A DNA stretch of 64,000 bases from Cyanidioschyzon merolae (Eukaryota), in NCBI GenBank assembly GCA_000091205.1, contig AP006500.2; one strand, given 5' to 3'. A model generated the notes under the pieces. The model saw only the letters and a list, made by a program, of their open reading frames with translations. It was not told the origin of the DNA and ran no database searches. A program made the translations under genes and the position numbers. Shown one piece after another: positions 21,907 to 31,954 of the stretch; the first letter of the stretch is position 1, and every line of letters starts with the position of its first letter.

Positions 21907-21977
21907 TACGCCGCGCGGGAATCGAACCCGCGTCTAGACGATGGCAACGTCTTAGGATACCACTACCCCAGCGGCGT
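21907..21977 (-). tRNA. tRNA-Gly (anticodon GCC), no encoded CCA.
   Basis: Manual fold of the reverse complement. Acceptor ACGCCGC/GCGGCGT (7 bp). D arm GGGT-AGTGGT-ATCC. Anticodon stem AGACG/CGTCT with loop TTGCCAT. T arm GCGGG-TTCGATT-CCCGC. Discriminator A. 71 nt. Confidence 0.75.
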
Positions 21978-22896
21978 TACAAGGCACTGCGATGACTTGA
22001 AAATTCAGCATCCGAAACTAGATATAAAGGCATATGACGCCATCGGACTGCATGGCGTGGACGGGCGCGATGCTGCGCACTTGCGCGCACGCTGCTTGGG
22101 TGTTCCGTTGCACAGCATTTTGCCGAAGCGAGTCCGGAGACGCAGGCTCTTGATGGTGGCCTGTTTTGCGAACGAGGCTTTTCCTGGTATCAGGAGGCTC
22201 GGTCACTAGTCATTGCGCGGTTTGTATGGTCAGTGGCTGCCCAGTTGAGTGGAAACGGACGCGGTCGGGTGGACACGCCCACAGACACCTCGAGGCCAGC
22301 GTGCACCTGAAGCACGCAGCACTGTGCATGCGTGCACCTGGACAGGTTCGTTGGGCTCTGAACAAAAATATCACCTAGGTTGTCTCGCTGGTGCGAATGC
22401 GGGAATGATGCGGGGCACCGAACCTCGCTATAAGCTCTCCGCGCGAGGCTTGTATCCGCACAGCTGATGTGGCAAACAACGACGGAGGCGACGCCTACTC
22501 ACTGTGTGCTGGTGTTCATATTGCGAACAAGCACGTGTGCCATGAAATGGAGTAGACCCATGACCTTCCCATGTGCTGGCCCATTTTCCTACTCGTTGCG
22601 ACCTGCGAACGAACTTTTTAGGTAGTTCAGAACAAGTTTAGCGTTTCTTCTATGCTGAATGTCATGTGAGCGCAGCCGCCCGTTCACTGCACCACCGCCA
22701 TGATCCACCGGGCGGACGCGGATGTGCTTCAGCCTTGCATGCCTGGTAGCAGCCCGTTCGCGGTCATCGGCAGGAAACTCGCCCCGGAATATCCGTTGCA
22801 GACTGTGTATGTTCTGCAAATCGCGCGAGCGCGAAACCTACTTGTATGCACGGAATGAAGCATTCCGCAGTCGAGCGTGACCCCGGCGCGAGGCCC

Positions 22897-23949
22897 TCAA
22901 AGTTTGGACATAAACTCGCCGATACGCACGGCGCGGCGCTCCTTCATGCTCTTTCTCGCTGCGTAAGCGAGCACCACCGGCATACGCCCATCCTCCCCGG
23001 TCACCGGCACCGCCTTTCCTTCCATAATGCAACGCACAAAAGTCTCCATTTCTAAAGCGTAGGCATCGCGATAGCGGTCCATGAAAAAGTTCAGTGGCAG
23101 GTCGCGACGTACACTCGCACCATCCTGCAACGTCGCATTGTTCGGAAAGTTATTCGCAGTGGACACATTTCCCTTCGATCCGTGAATTTCAATACGCTGG
23201 TCGTAACCATAAGCGGCTTTTCGACAGCATTCGATCGTACCGATGGCGCCGTTCGCGAACCGCAGGGTCACAATCGCGGTGTCGATATCGCCCGCTTGCT
23301 CACCGATCTGGGGATCCACCAGGTTGGCTCCAGCAGCAGCAACGACTTCCACGATTTCTGAGCCCATCGTAAACCGGGCCATGTCGAAATCATGCGTCAT
23401 CATGTCAAAGAATAGGCCCCCAGACTGCTTCAAGTAGGCAAGCGGAGGTGGCGCAGGGTCACGTGAGATGATGTGCAGTGAGTAGGGCTCGCCGATTTCC
23501 CCGCTGGCGACAGCTTCCCTTACCCGGCGGAAGTTCGCATCAAAACGCCGCTGAAACCCTATTTGCATCTGGACACCGGCGCGCTTCACTTCCGAAAGCG
23601 CGTTATCGATGCGCTCGAGGTCGTAGTCGATCGGTTTCTCGCAAAAAATCTGTTTGCCTGCCCGCGCTGCTGCCACGATGATTTCGTAGTGCGTGTCTGA
23701 GGGCGAACAAATGATAACAGCGTCCACCTCAGGTGACTGGACAACCTCCTGCCAGTCTTTGACTGCACGCGGGATGCGAAACTCTTTCGCCGCCGCCTGG
23801 GCAGCCTGCTCGATAAAGTCCGCAATAACCACGACCTGCGCGAGGTTGCTCATGCGAGCCAAAGCCGCGCAGTGAACACGACCAATTCTCCCGGCACCAA
23901 TGATACCAATTCTAACTGGTCCCCCCCTGAATTGAGCGACCGCTTCCAT
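22897..23949 (-). CDS. Gfo/Idh/MocA-family NAD(P)-dependent oxidoreductase (inositol 2-dehydrogenase-like). Start is the internal ATG before the Rossmann fold; the ORF track extends to 24087.
   Basis: N-terminal dinucleotide fold VRIGIIGAGRIGRVHC. The family core is EKPIDYDLERID...GFQRRFD. The C-terminal domain is alpha/beta. Confidence 0.75.
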   Translation of the reverse strand: MEAVAQFRGGPVRIGIIGAGRIGRVHCAALARMSNLAQVVVIADFIEQAAQAAAKEFRIPRAVKDWQEVVQSPEVDAVIICSPSDTHYEIIVAAARAGKQIFCEKPIDYDLERIDNALSEVKRAGVQMQIGFQRRFDANFRRVREAVASGEIGEPYSLHIISRDPAPPPLAYLKQSGGLFFDMMTHDFDMARFTMGSEIVEVVAAAGANLVDPQIGEQAGDIDTAIVTLRFANGAIGTIECCRKAAYGYDQRIEIHGSKGNVSTANNFPNNATLQDGASVRRDLPLNFFMDRYRDAYALEMETFVRCIMEGKAVPVTGEDGRMPVVLAYAARKSMKERRAVRIGEFMSKL

Positions 23950-25521
23950 ACCTGTTTGACTTCGTGTGTAGCGCAGCATGCTCCTGTGCGCGAGCCGTAA
24001 CCACAGCGCCAAGCGTAGCGCATTCGCCGTCTCAGCGCCGGGGTCCAGGGACGCTCGTCGATTGCTCACGGTATTTAGGCGATGCATCGAACTTGAACGT
24101 CCGTGTGCGCGATGCTAAAGGCAACAAAGCGCATGAACGCTTTTTTCGCCGAGACTTGAGCGCCTCGATGAATATCCGGAAAAGCCTCGTGATTCTGGAG
24201 CGTGCATCAGGTTTACAAAGAGCGAACTTTCGACGGAATCGTTTCGCTTTCAGCGTGCACATAGTGCTGAATGCGCAAGACTTACGGTGGAAACAATGCC
24301 GCGCACGCGGGGGCGAGAGACACAGAGAAAGCCCGAATTCTGGCAAGCTGCAAGACACTGGTGTGGAGCGGTTCAGGAATCCAGAAAAACCTGGAACGCT
24401 GCATGTATAGAATGCGAATGGTTTTCCGGCGCTGTCGACGAACGACCATGAGACCATGATTTTCCACGAGCCGCATGTATGGATTTTCTCGCAGAGAGCA
24501 CTATCCCAGGGCCAGAGCGACAATAGAAGAGGTCCTCGGAAACGGGTGCACATTCCAAAGATTCCGTCCCTGCACGCTGTCATCAACGAAACCAGCCTCT
24601 GTGGGCTATTTCTGCGACTGGTTCCTTTTTTTCCCGCTCGTATCCCCAGCTTGAGCCAGCTAGGTAACTTGTGCTTCTCCAGCTCGACTGTCAGCAGTCA
24701 CAGTATGTGGACTGAAGCACCAGAATTCCAATTTCGCTGGTTGCTTGTGTCTTCTGCGCGTTTCACGCACAGGCCGTACTTTCGAGCCGCACCTCGCTGC
24801 CAATGTTCATCTTCTTTTCATATAACATCGGAGCGTCTTGTGCAGCGATAACACTTTCATGCGGTCGGGATGTTTCCCTATGTCCACCAGAACGAAGCGT
24901 TCTCCGAGCGCCACCCCGAAGCGCTCGAAAGCTTGCTTTATCGCTCGCGACCTGCCCGGGACCGATAGCGGTGGCCCGTGTCGATGCCCGCGCCGCCTCG
25001 GAGTCCCGCGCACGGCACCCAGAGGAACATTGCATCCCTCGGATGTCCCTTTTGTACATGATCAAACGATCGCCAGCAGCGCTCGCGATATGCTGTCCAT
25101 TTATTCCGCTCATATCCAGATATGTACTTTGGAGATCGAGTGCCACATCGCTTCACACTGCGGCAGTATGAGCGCGTCGGCGTCGTCGCCGAGCAGCAGC
25201 AGCAGCAGCGCCAGCAGCGCCAGCAGCCACAGAGCGTACGCCTGCAGTCGACGCGGCGCTCGAGGGCATTTTCGTGGCGAGCGCGCGACGCAGGATCGGA
25301 AGCCCTAATCCAGGCTGCCAGGACGTTTAACGTTGCCTTCTTCGTGCTATTTGACGGACGTGTGGCACTTTGCTTCGAACATTCAGCATATTGAAGTCTG
25401 CTTTGAACAAGTAGTCCACTGACTGAATAGTAGCACGCGTTACGCGAGCCGTTTCACGCTACAAGCGCGGGGAAACCTTCTCCCGTGAACGGAGGCTACG
25501 CGGCAAGCCGGAGCCTACACC

Positions 25522-27969
25522 ATGCGACGGCTGCGCGCTGACGACGACGTCGACAAGCCGCCGGGGCAGCACAAGGCGACTGCAGACGACGTCACTACCC
25601 AAATGTGGAACGAGACAGAGCGAATTACTCGCAGCCCGCGGACGACAGGTGCTGTATCTAGTCGTGCCGAGAGCAGAGACTCCGGTTCGAGAGTGCGACG
25701 GACGGCGCTGAAAGGCGCAAACGCCGGCGCCTCGTATGGACCCGGCACCGGACAACAGACGCGTTATTACACGAGGGCCCGCTCGCGAGAAGCGAACTCT
25801 TTAGCTGCAGAGGCCACGTTTACCGGCTCCTCGTTGACGGTGTACAGCAGTGGTGAAGGCAGCGTTAACCAGCTGACTGCGACAGCGTCTGGCTCAGGGG
25901 TTGGGTCCGGCTCTGGACAGGGCTCTGGTGCGAACTCGGGACAAGGTTCGGGCGCGGACTCAGGGTCGGGCTCCGGTGCTGGCGGTACGGGCTCCTCGTC
26001 TATCAGCAATGACGCAACAGGCTGCAGTCGTTCGGGTTCTGGGGGATCGGCCGGTTCGCAAGGCCGGGGTGACCACGGAACCGAAGATACCCCTGTCTCT
26101 ATGCAGCGAGCACACTCCACAGAGGGGTATCTGCATCGTGTTCCCAGTAACGGCCGACCGCGAAACCTTGCCGAGCAAATGGAGCTCGTGGAACGCCCCG
26201 ACACGAGCGCGTTGCAGCTGCGAGGACCGCGAACGCACGCGCTCCCCATAGGGTCACCAGCACAACTGCAACTGCAAGCGAATCTGCGGGAACAGGCCAA
26301 CCCGAACGCGACCGCCGTTGAGCCTGCGCCTCTCGACACTATGCAGCGGCGAGCAGCTGCCTTTGCTCAACCAGAACGCACGAACACGTCGAGACAAGCA
26401 CAGCAGCAGGGCTTCGCACGAAGCCGTCGCGGCGTTTTCTCAGATGCCTCCTCAGGCCGGATGCAGTTTCCAAGTGATGTGTCCGCAGGTGCACAACATG
26501 CCTCCGGTATGCATGGTCACCATGGGATCGCGTCACAGGCGCTTGCCCAGGCAGCGCCCGCGGTCGCAGTGACCGAAGCACAACGCTTGCGAGCCTTGAG
26601 CTCAATGGACGCACACGAGTCGTTGCCCTCGTGGAGAGCCGCTACACCGCGTGCCCCAGATGCCCAGACGGTGCTGAGCGCAGAGACGCGAACGGCAGCT
26701 GATGAGTGTGTATCGGTGTCAACGAGTTCCTTCGAGCGGCAACGGGAGTCTGCGCTGGAGAATCCACCACCATCACCGCTCATGATGATCGCTGCGCAGG
26801 TTGTCGCACCGCGACTGCCACCAGATCTGGGACTTGCGCTCCAGCCCGATGATCCAAACGGTCATGTACAGTATAGTGTCGGGGAAGGCCTCGGACCAAC
26901 CGCTGACTTTCCGAACGGCCGCTACCAAATTCTAGCGCCGCTCGGAAGCGGCACATTCGGCAAGGTCGTATCGTGCTGGGATCGAGTTACAGAGCAACTC
27001 GTTGCTGTGAAAGTGATTCGAGCTGTGCGCAAGTACGCAGAGGCGGCAAGGATGGAAATCGATATCCTCCTTGAACTGGGGCGGAAGGATCCCACAAGTC
27101 GCTTCCACTGCGTTCGCATGCTATCCTATTTCACGCACGTAAGCCAACAGGGGAATGCGCACGTCTGCCTCGTATTCGAGCATTTGGGACCGTCCCTCTT
27201 TGACGTCCTGATGCGCAATCACTTTCGTCCGTTACCGGTACCCATTTTACGTGCGGTAGCTCGGCAACTCTTGGAGGCCATCACCTTCTTGCACGAGCAC
27301 AACCAAATCGTGCATACGGATATCAAACCAGAGAACGTGCTCATCGTTCCGAGCAGTTACTATCCGAACCGGCAAATAACCGAACATGTGCAGGTGCGTC
27401 TGATAGATTTTGGTTCCGCTAGCAGACTCGATAAGGTCAGCGTTCGGCACGCTATTGTTTCGACGCGGCACTATCGAGCGCCGGAGATCATTCTGGGCAC
27501 CGGCTGGTCATTCGCCTGCGATATCTGGTCGTTTGGTGCGTTGCTGGTAGAGTGCTACACTGGCCAAACGCTGTTTCAGAGCCACGACGATCTGGAGCAT
27601 CTCCAACTCATGCAGAAACTTCTCCAGCACGAGAATGGCGAGGTGATTGTGCCACCACCGCGACCGAGCCCCAGCAGCACCTCTATGGGCAGTCAACGGC
27701 GCCGAGAAGCACTGAAACTCTTCCGGGATGGCCGCCTAAACTGGCCAGAGGGCATCGACGAGCAGAGCGCAAACAGCCTTGCACGGCAGAAGAGCATTCG
27801 TCGTGTCGCCCGCATGCCGGAGCTGCACTCCATCTTCAGACCAGAGCATGCTTGCTTGCTTCATCTGATTCGATGTTGTCTAACAATAGATCCGTTGAAG
27901 CGATGGCGCCCCAGCGAGCTCCTGCGTCACCCTTTTTTTATGAGTTACTCGACGGAAGCTACGCCCTAG
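25522..27969 (+). CDS. Dual-specificity protein kinase of the CMGC group, CLK/LAMMER-like, with a long low-complexity N-terminus.
   Basis: ATG start. Kinase motifs GSGTFGKVV, VAVK, HTDIKPENVL, DFGSA and STRHYRAPEIILG. LAMMER-like EHLQLMQKLL. The N-terminal half is (SG)n/Ala/Gln-rich. Confidence 0.85.
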   Translation: MRRLRADDDVDKPPGQHKATADDVTTQMWNETERITRSPRTTGAVSSRAESRDSGSRVRRTALKGANAGASYGPGTGQQTRYYTRARSREANSLAAEATFTGSSLTVYSSGEGSVNQLTATASGSGVGSGSGQGSGANSGQGSGADSGSGSGAGGTGSSSISNDATGCSRSGSGGSAGSQGRGDHGTEDTPVSMQRAHSTEGYLHRVPSNGRPRNLAEQMELVERPDTSALQLRGPRTHALPIGSPAQLQLQANLREQANPNATAVEPAPLDTMQRRAAAFAQPERTNTSRQAQQQGFARSRRGVFSDASSGRMQFPSDVSAGAQHASGMHGHHGIASQALAQAAPAVAVTEAQRLRALSSMDAHESLPSWRAATPRAPDAQTVLSAETRTAADECVSVSTSSFERQRESALENPPPSPLMMIAAQVVAPRLPPDLGLALQPDDPNGHVQYSVGEGLGPTADFPNGRYQILAPLGSGTFGKVVSCWDRVTEQLVAVKVIRAVRKYAEAARMEIDILLELGRKDPTSRFHCVRMLSYFTHVSQQGNAHVCLVFEHLGPSLFDVLMRNHFRPLPVPILRAVARQLLEAITFLHEHNQIVHTDIKPENVLIVPSSYYPNRQITEHVQVRLIDFGSASRLDKVSVRHAIVSTRHYRAPEIILGTGWSFACDIWSFGALLVECYTGQTLFQSHDDLEHLQLMQKLLQHENGEVIVPPPRPSPSSTSMGSQRRREALKLFRDGRLNWPEGIDEQSANSLARQKSIRRVARMPELHSIFRPEHACLLHLIRCCLTIDPLKRWRPSELLRHPFFMSYSTEATP

Positions 27970-28943
27970 GCGAACGCGAGACGTGCATATCGAGTTTATG
28001 CACTGGCGCTGAGCGCACCTGTTCCCTGCGTCGCGTTGCAAAGACAACGGGATACGCAAACATACGGTATTCATCGGGTCTGCGCACAGCAGCGAATAAC
28101 ACTCGTGTCCGATGTATAGTACAGGCGTCTGCGAGCGTGCGTGGTGAAACGTTCGTTGGCAGGCAGCTGGTTTTGATGGGTGGCCTTCATCAAGCGCCAT
28201 GCTGGAGCGAACACCGGATAGGCGCTGGAGCGCCTGCGCAACTTGCGTGGCTCGCATGCGGACGCTGTCATAAGTGAAAGCCACCTCGCAGGTCACCGGT
28301 GCAAGCTTTCTGGGTTGCAAGCGGTTGTCTCTGGCGAGAGGAACCCGGCCATCAGCGGTGGAGTTTTCCGTGGTACGCGTGCAGCAGCAGCAGCAGCAGC
28401 GCTTGCGAAGGAGCCTCTGGCGCCAGGAGCATCTGCGAACAAGTCAGTGCGTACATGACCTCGTCGTTGCGTCTGACAGCGACCGGCTCCATAGGTCGAG
28501 AAACGCCTCTGGAGCTCGCATTCGGGAACCAACAAAAAGCGGCAACCTTGCCGATGTGAAACGTACCCGCGGATGCTATGGAATCAGGAGAGCAACTCCT
28601 TTTACTGCAAAGCGTGACAAGAGCACAGCAGGCTGCGCCCCAGGCCGACGCATCGGTATCGTGGACGCTTCAAAGCAATTCCACTGACTGCAAAGCGCAA
28701 CACGAGCACCAGAGAGGATGTCACCTGTGAAGGGCCCTGGCTCTTCCTTGGCCAGCAAACACGTGAACGCAACGCACAGAACGCTGCACCTGTTCGTACG
28801 ATAGCCCTGCTTTACCACAGTTACCGCAGCGTAGGGCTCTCGTGCAAACCTCCGGTGCCATGGATAGCGCGCTGCACCACAGGGCATCGCCAGGAGCACC
28901 AGCTCAGGCCGGCCAATGGATGACCCCGCACTCGCAGCCGCGC

Positions 28944-30563
28944 CTATTGACCCGAAGGGCGAAAACTGGCCATCAGTGGACTCGAAAGCAATAGTGTGGT
29001 CAGGGTTCCGACCAGGCCCAAGGCAATGACCGCGGCAGACGCGGCTGTGCTATCACCGGAGGAGGTCAGAGCCGCGGTTCCCAGGCCGTGCGAGACGCTC
29101 CCCAGTGCAACACCGCGAGCGAGCGCGGGCATCTCGGGTCCAGGCCTCAGGATCATGGAGCCCAGACTAGCACCGAGGATGCCGGAAATGAGTACGCTCG
29201 CTACGGTAATGCTCGTATCCGCCTGCAAGCGCTTGGACGATGCGATCGCTAGTGGCATCGTAATCGAACGTGGAAAGAGGGCAGCTCGCAGCGCTGGTGT
29301 CCTTAAGCCCAGGATCCGACTCGCAACTGCCGTCCAGACGAGTGAGAAGATGGCTGAAAACGCGGACCCGCCGACGAGCGGTAACCATTGGCGACTGAGG
29401 AGCGCACGTGCGCGATACAGACGGAATGAGAGGGCGATGAGCGAGGGACCTAATAGCTGCATAAACCAATTCCCCGCAATGAACGGATAGCGTTCTAGTC
29501 GCTTGTACCAGCTGGCGTCCGCATTAACAGACTCGGAGAGCTCGAGTCCACTGGCGACCACAGCAGTGAGACCTGCACAAGTAAGCACCGGGTGCAGAAC
29601 TCGTTGCCACGGCTTGGGCACGGCGCGAGTACCCAGTCGATAGCTTAACGCGGTGACGACGGCAAGGAGCAGCCGATCTCGCCAGTACTGCGCTGGGGCG
29701 ATACAGAGGATCGCCAACAACGAACTCAGTCCGAAAAGCACGGGGTCTGCGAAGGCACCAGCACGCTCCCGGGAAGAGCAGCTCGTCTCTGGTGCGAGAT
29801 CCGAAGCACGGTTCTCGGCAAGCGGTGTAGATGCCCGCTCTCTGGACTGCCATCGCATCAGCGAACGCGTGACCGCGGCAGTCGTCCACAAGCCCGCAAG
29901 GAAACCCGAAACGATGACACCTGCTAGGGCTAGGAGCTCTCGCTTGGAAGCGCCTCCCGTATACAGACGAGCGGGCAACGCGACTAACGGAGGTGCAAAG
30001 AACAGCGGCATCCATTCAGCCAGAAAGGCCAGCGCTGGCTTCACGAAGCGCTCGAGCCCAACGAGTGCTCGTGCCGACCACGCGTGTTCCACCACACCAA
30101 GCAGCCCAACAAGCAGTACGAGGCCAGTGAGTGAACCCGGGAGCAGGTATATGTCTTGATCAAGGCGCCTTTCCAGGTACTTGAGGATGAGAACGGTGAG
30201 GCACCCGCGCCCCAGTGCCTCGCAGCGCTGCCCGAGCGTGCGGGTGGACGTGATGCACCCCGCTGACGCAGGTCGGTTTCGGTCTCGCAGGATACGCCAC
30301 TTTTCCATCGCAAACGCATAGAGCTGATCAGTGAAGCGCTTGATTAGCTGAGTCCCTGACGCGTCTGGGGCCTCCGCTGAAGAGCCAGTGCCCAGCTGCT
30401 GCGCTACCGGCACCAAGGCTTGTTTATCCAGAGCTGGCACCCAATTCACCTGTTGCAGGGCGATGAGTGCACTTGCAACTGCGAGAGCAGAGCGTACAGA
30501 AGGCCATCGAGTCGTTGTAAGCCTTGTATCGAAAAGAACTGGAACCTGTACTTGTGGTCGCAT
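28944..30563 (-). CDS. Fused LrgA-LrgB-like membrane transporter (PLGG1 / plastidal glycolate-glycerate translocator-like). The start is uncertain; the ORF track extends to GTG 30737.
   Basis: About 12 predicted TM helices. The LrgB signature in the C-terminal half is PRSITMPLA...RGVALGSVSHGLGTAAL. An N-terminal extension could be a targeting peptide. Confidence 0.65.
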   Translation of the reverse strand: MRPQVQVPVLFDTRLTTTRWPSVRSALAVASALIALQQVNWVPALDKQALVPVAQQLGTGSSAEAPDASGTQLIKRFTDQLYAFAMEKWRILRDRNRPASAGCITSTRTLGQRCEALGRGCLTVLILKYLERRLDQDIYLLPGSLTGLVLLVGLLGVVEHAWSARALVGLERFVKPALAFLAEWMPLFFAPPLVALPARLYTGGASKRELLALAGVIVSGFLAGLWTTAAVTRSLMRWQSRERASTPLAENRASDLAPETSCSSRERAGAFADPVLFGLSSLLAILCIAPAQYWRDRLLLAVVTALSYRLGTRAVPKPWQRVLHPVLTCAGLTAVVASGLELSESVNADASWYKRLERYPFIAGNWFMQLLGPSLIALSFRLYRARALLSRQWLPLVGGSAFSAIFSLVWTAVASRILGLRTPALRAALFPRSITMPLAIASSKRLQADTSITVASVLISGILGASLGSMILRPGPEMPALARGVALGSVSHGLGTAALTSSGDSTAASAAVIALGLVGTLTTLLLSSPLMASFRPSGQ

Positions 30564-31954
30564 GGCGTGCGAGCGTTGCTGCCAGCGTGCGGCTTGCGAG
30601 TACGCAAAGGCACAAGCACAGCAGTAGCCAGGACACAGGTACCGGCACGCGCAAAAACACAGTCTCAAGTGCAGCAGACAGCACAAGCAAAAGCGCAAGC
30701 AAAGGCACGAGCGAAAAACACGAGCTCGAGTGCCCACAAGAGCACAGCATCAATTTTTTTCGAAAACATTTGCGAGCTTCGCTCCAACGAGACGTTCCGT
30801 TATACGCACGATACCTGGAGCAACGCCAAGCACTAAAGCCGAGAAGCCAGCTTGAGCGTCATATTACGTTAGATTTCATTAAAGCAATCGCTGCTAAAGC
30901 TGTATGCAAGGGCGTCGTGCTGAACGTTGGCGGAGCTTCGGGTTACGTCCACGCTGAGCAGCGTACCAGGGCGCCAGCGGTTTCTCACTGGCGGTTGAGG
31001 CGAAGCTTCCACACGAGACGCGCCTGCTTATGCAAACGCTAACGATTGGCGAGGTGGTGGAAACCTCGTCACTTTCGCGAATACGTTTGCATTCCAGTAC
31101 AGCAGTTCCGTTGTTTCCTCCCAGAGACTCGAGGCTTCATCCAGTCATTGGCGTAGCGGGCACCTAGTCTTCAGCGGACAGCGCAAGCCATCGTACAAGT
31201 TGTGCGACAGAGACGAATGCAAGCTCCTTCGACTTTCGGCTGACTAGAATGACGTGCACCTCGTTCGGAGGCGTCCTCCGTGCAGCGCTGCATGACAGGA
31301 AGCTGTTTACGGAAATGCGCACCCATGGGGAACTCGCCGATGCAGTATGCGTTCCACAACGGAGCTGAGTGGCGTGACGGGTGCTCGTCAGACGAGGCCC
31401 CAGTGACCGCGACTCCTGATGCAGCACTCTGGGCGCTGTGCGTAAGTGCTGCTTGTTCACGTCGAGCATGCCGATCAGCGTGCTGTCCAGCAGGCATTCT
31501 AGAAACTGCTCCATAGGCGGCGTGAAGTGTGCATATGCCGCGCGCGTCCGCAGCGAAACCCGCTGCGACACTCCCAGACAGCTATGAGAGCTCGTCACCC
31601 TGGTTGAATGCAGCTCGTTTGAAACGCGAGTTTCAAAAGCGACTGCTTATCCATCCCTGAACAACGCTATTCACCCTTGATTTAGCCAAGGATCAACAGG
31701 ATGTGCGCATTCTTTTGAAACGCGAGTTCCAAAAGCGACTGCTTATCCATCCCTGAACAACGCTATTCACCCTTGATTTAGCCAAGGACAAACAAGACTC
31801 AAAGCAAGCTGTGCTGCGACCGCCCAACTGCATACCGCTCGCGAGTCGATCAGGATACCCCGTGTCCTGTGAAGCAGCTGCACTGTGGCACATCCGGGGT
31901 TCCAGAACCTCGTCCGTACGCCTGCGCATGGCTCGGGTGTATCCAGAGAGCGCC

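Noticed and set aside
21691-22209. 172-aa + strand ORF.
   Set aside because: It overlaps the minus-strand tRNA-Gly gene and has no protein features. Spurious.
27552-28277. 241-aa + strand ORF and 146-aa - strand ORF overlapping the 3' end of the kinase gene.
   Set aside because: Out-of-frame or antisense relative to the strongly supported kinase CDS.
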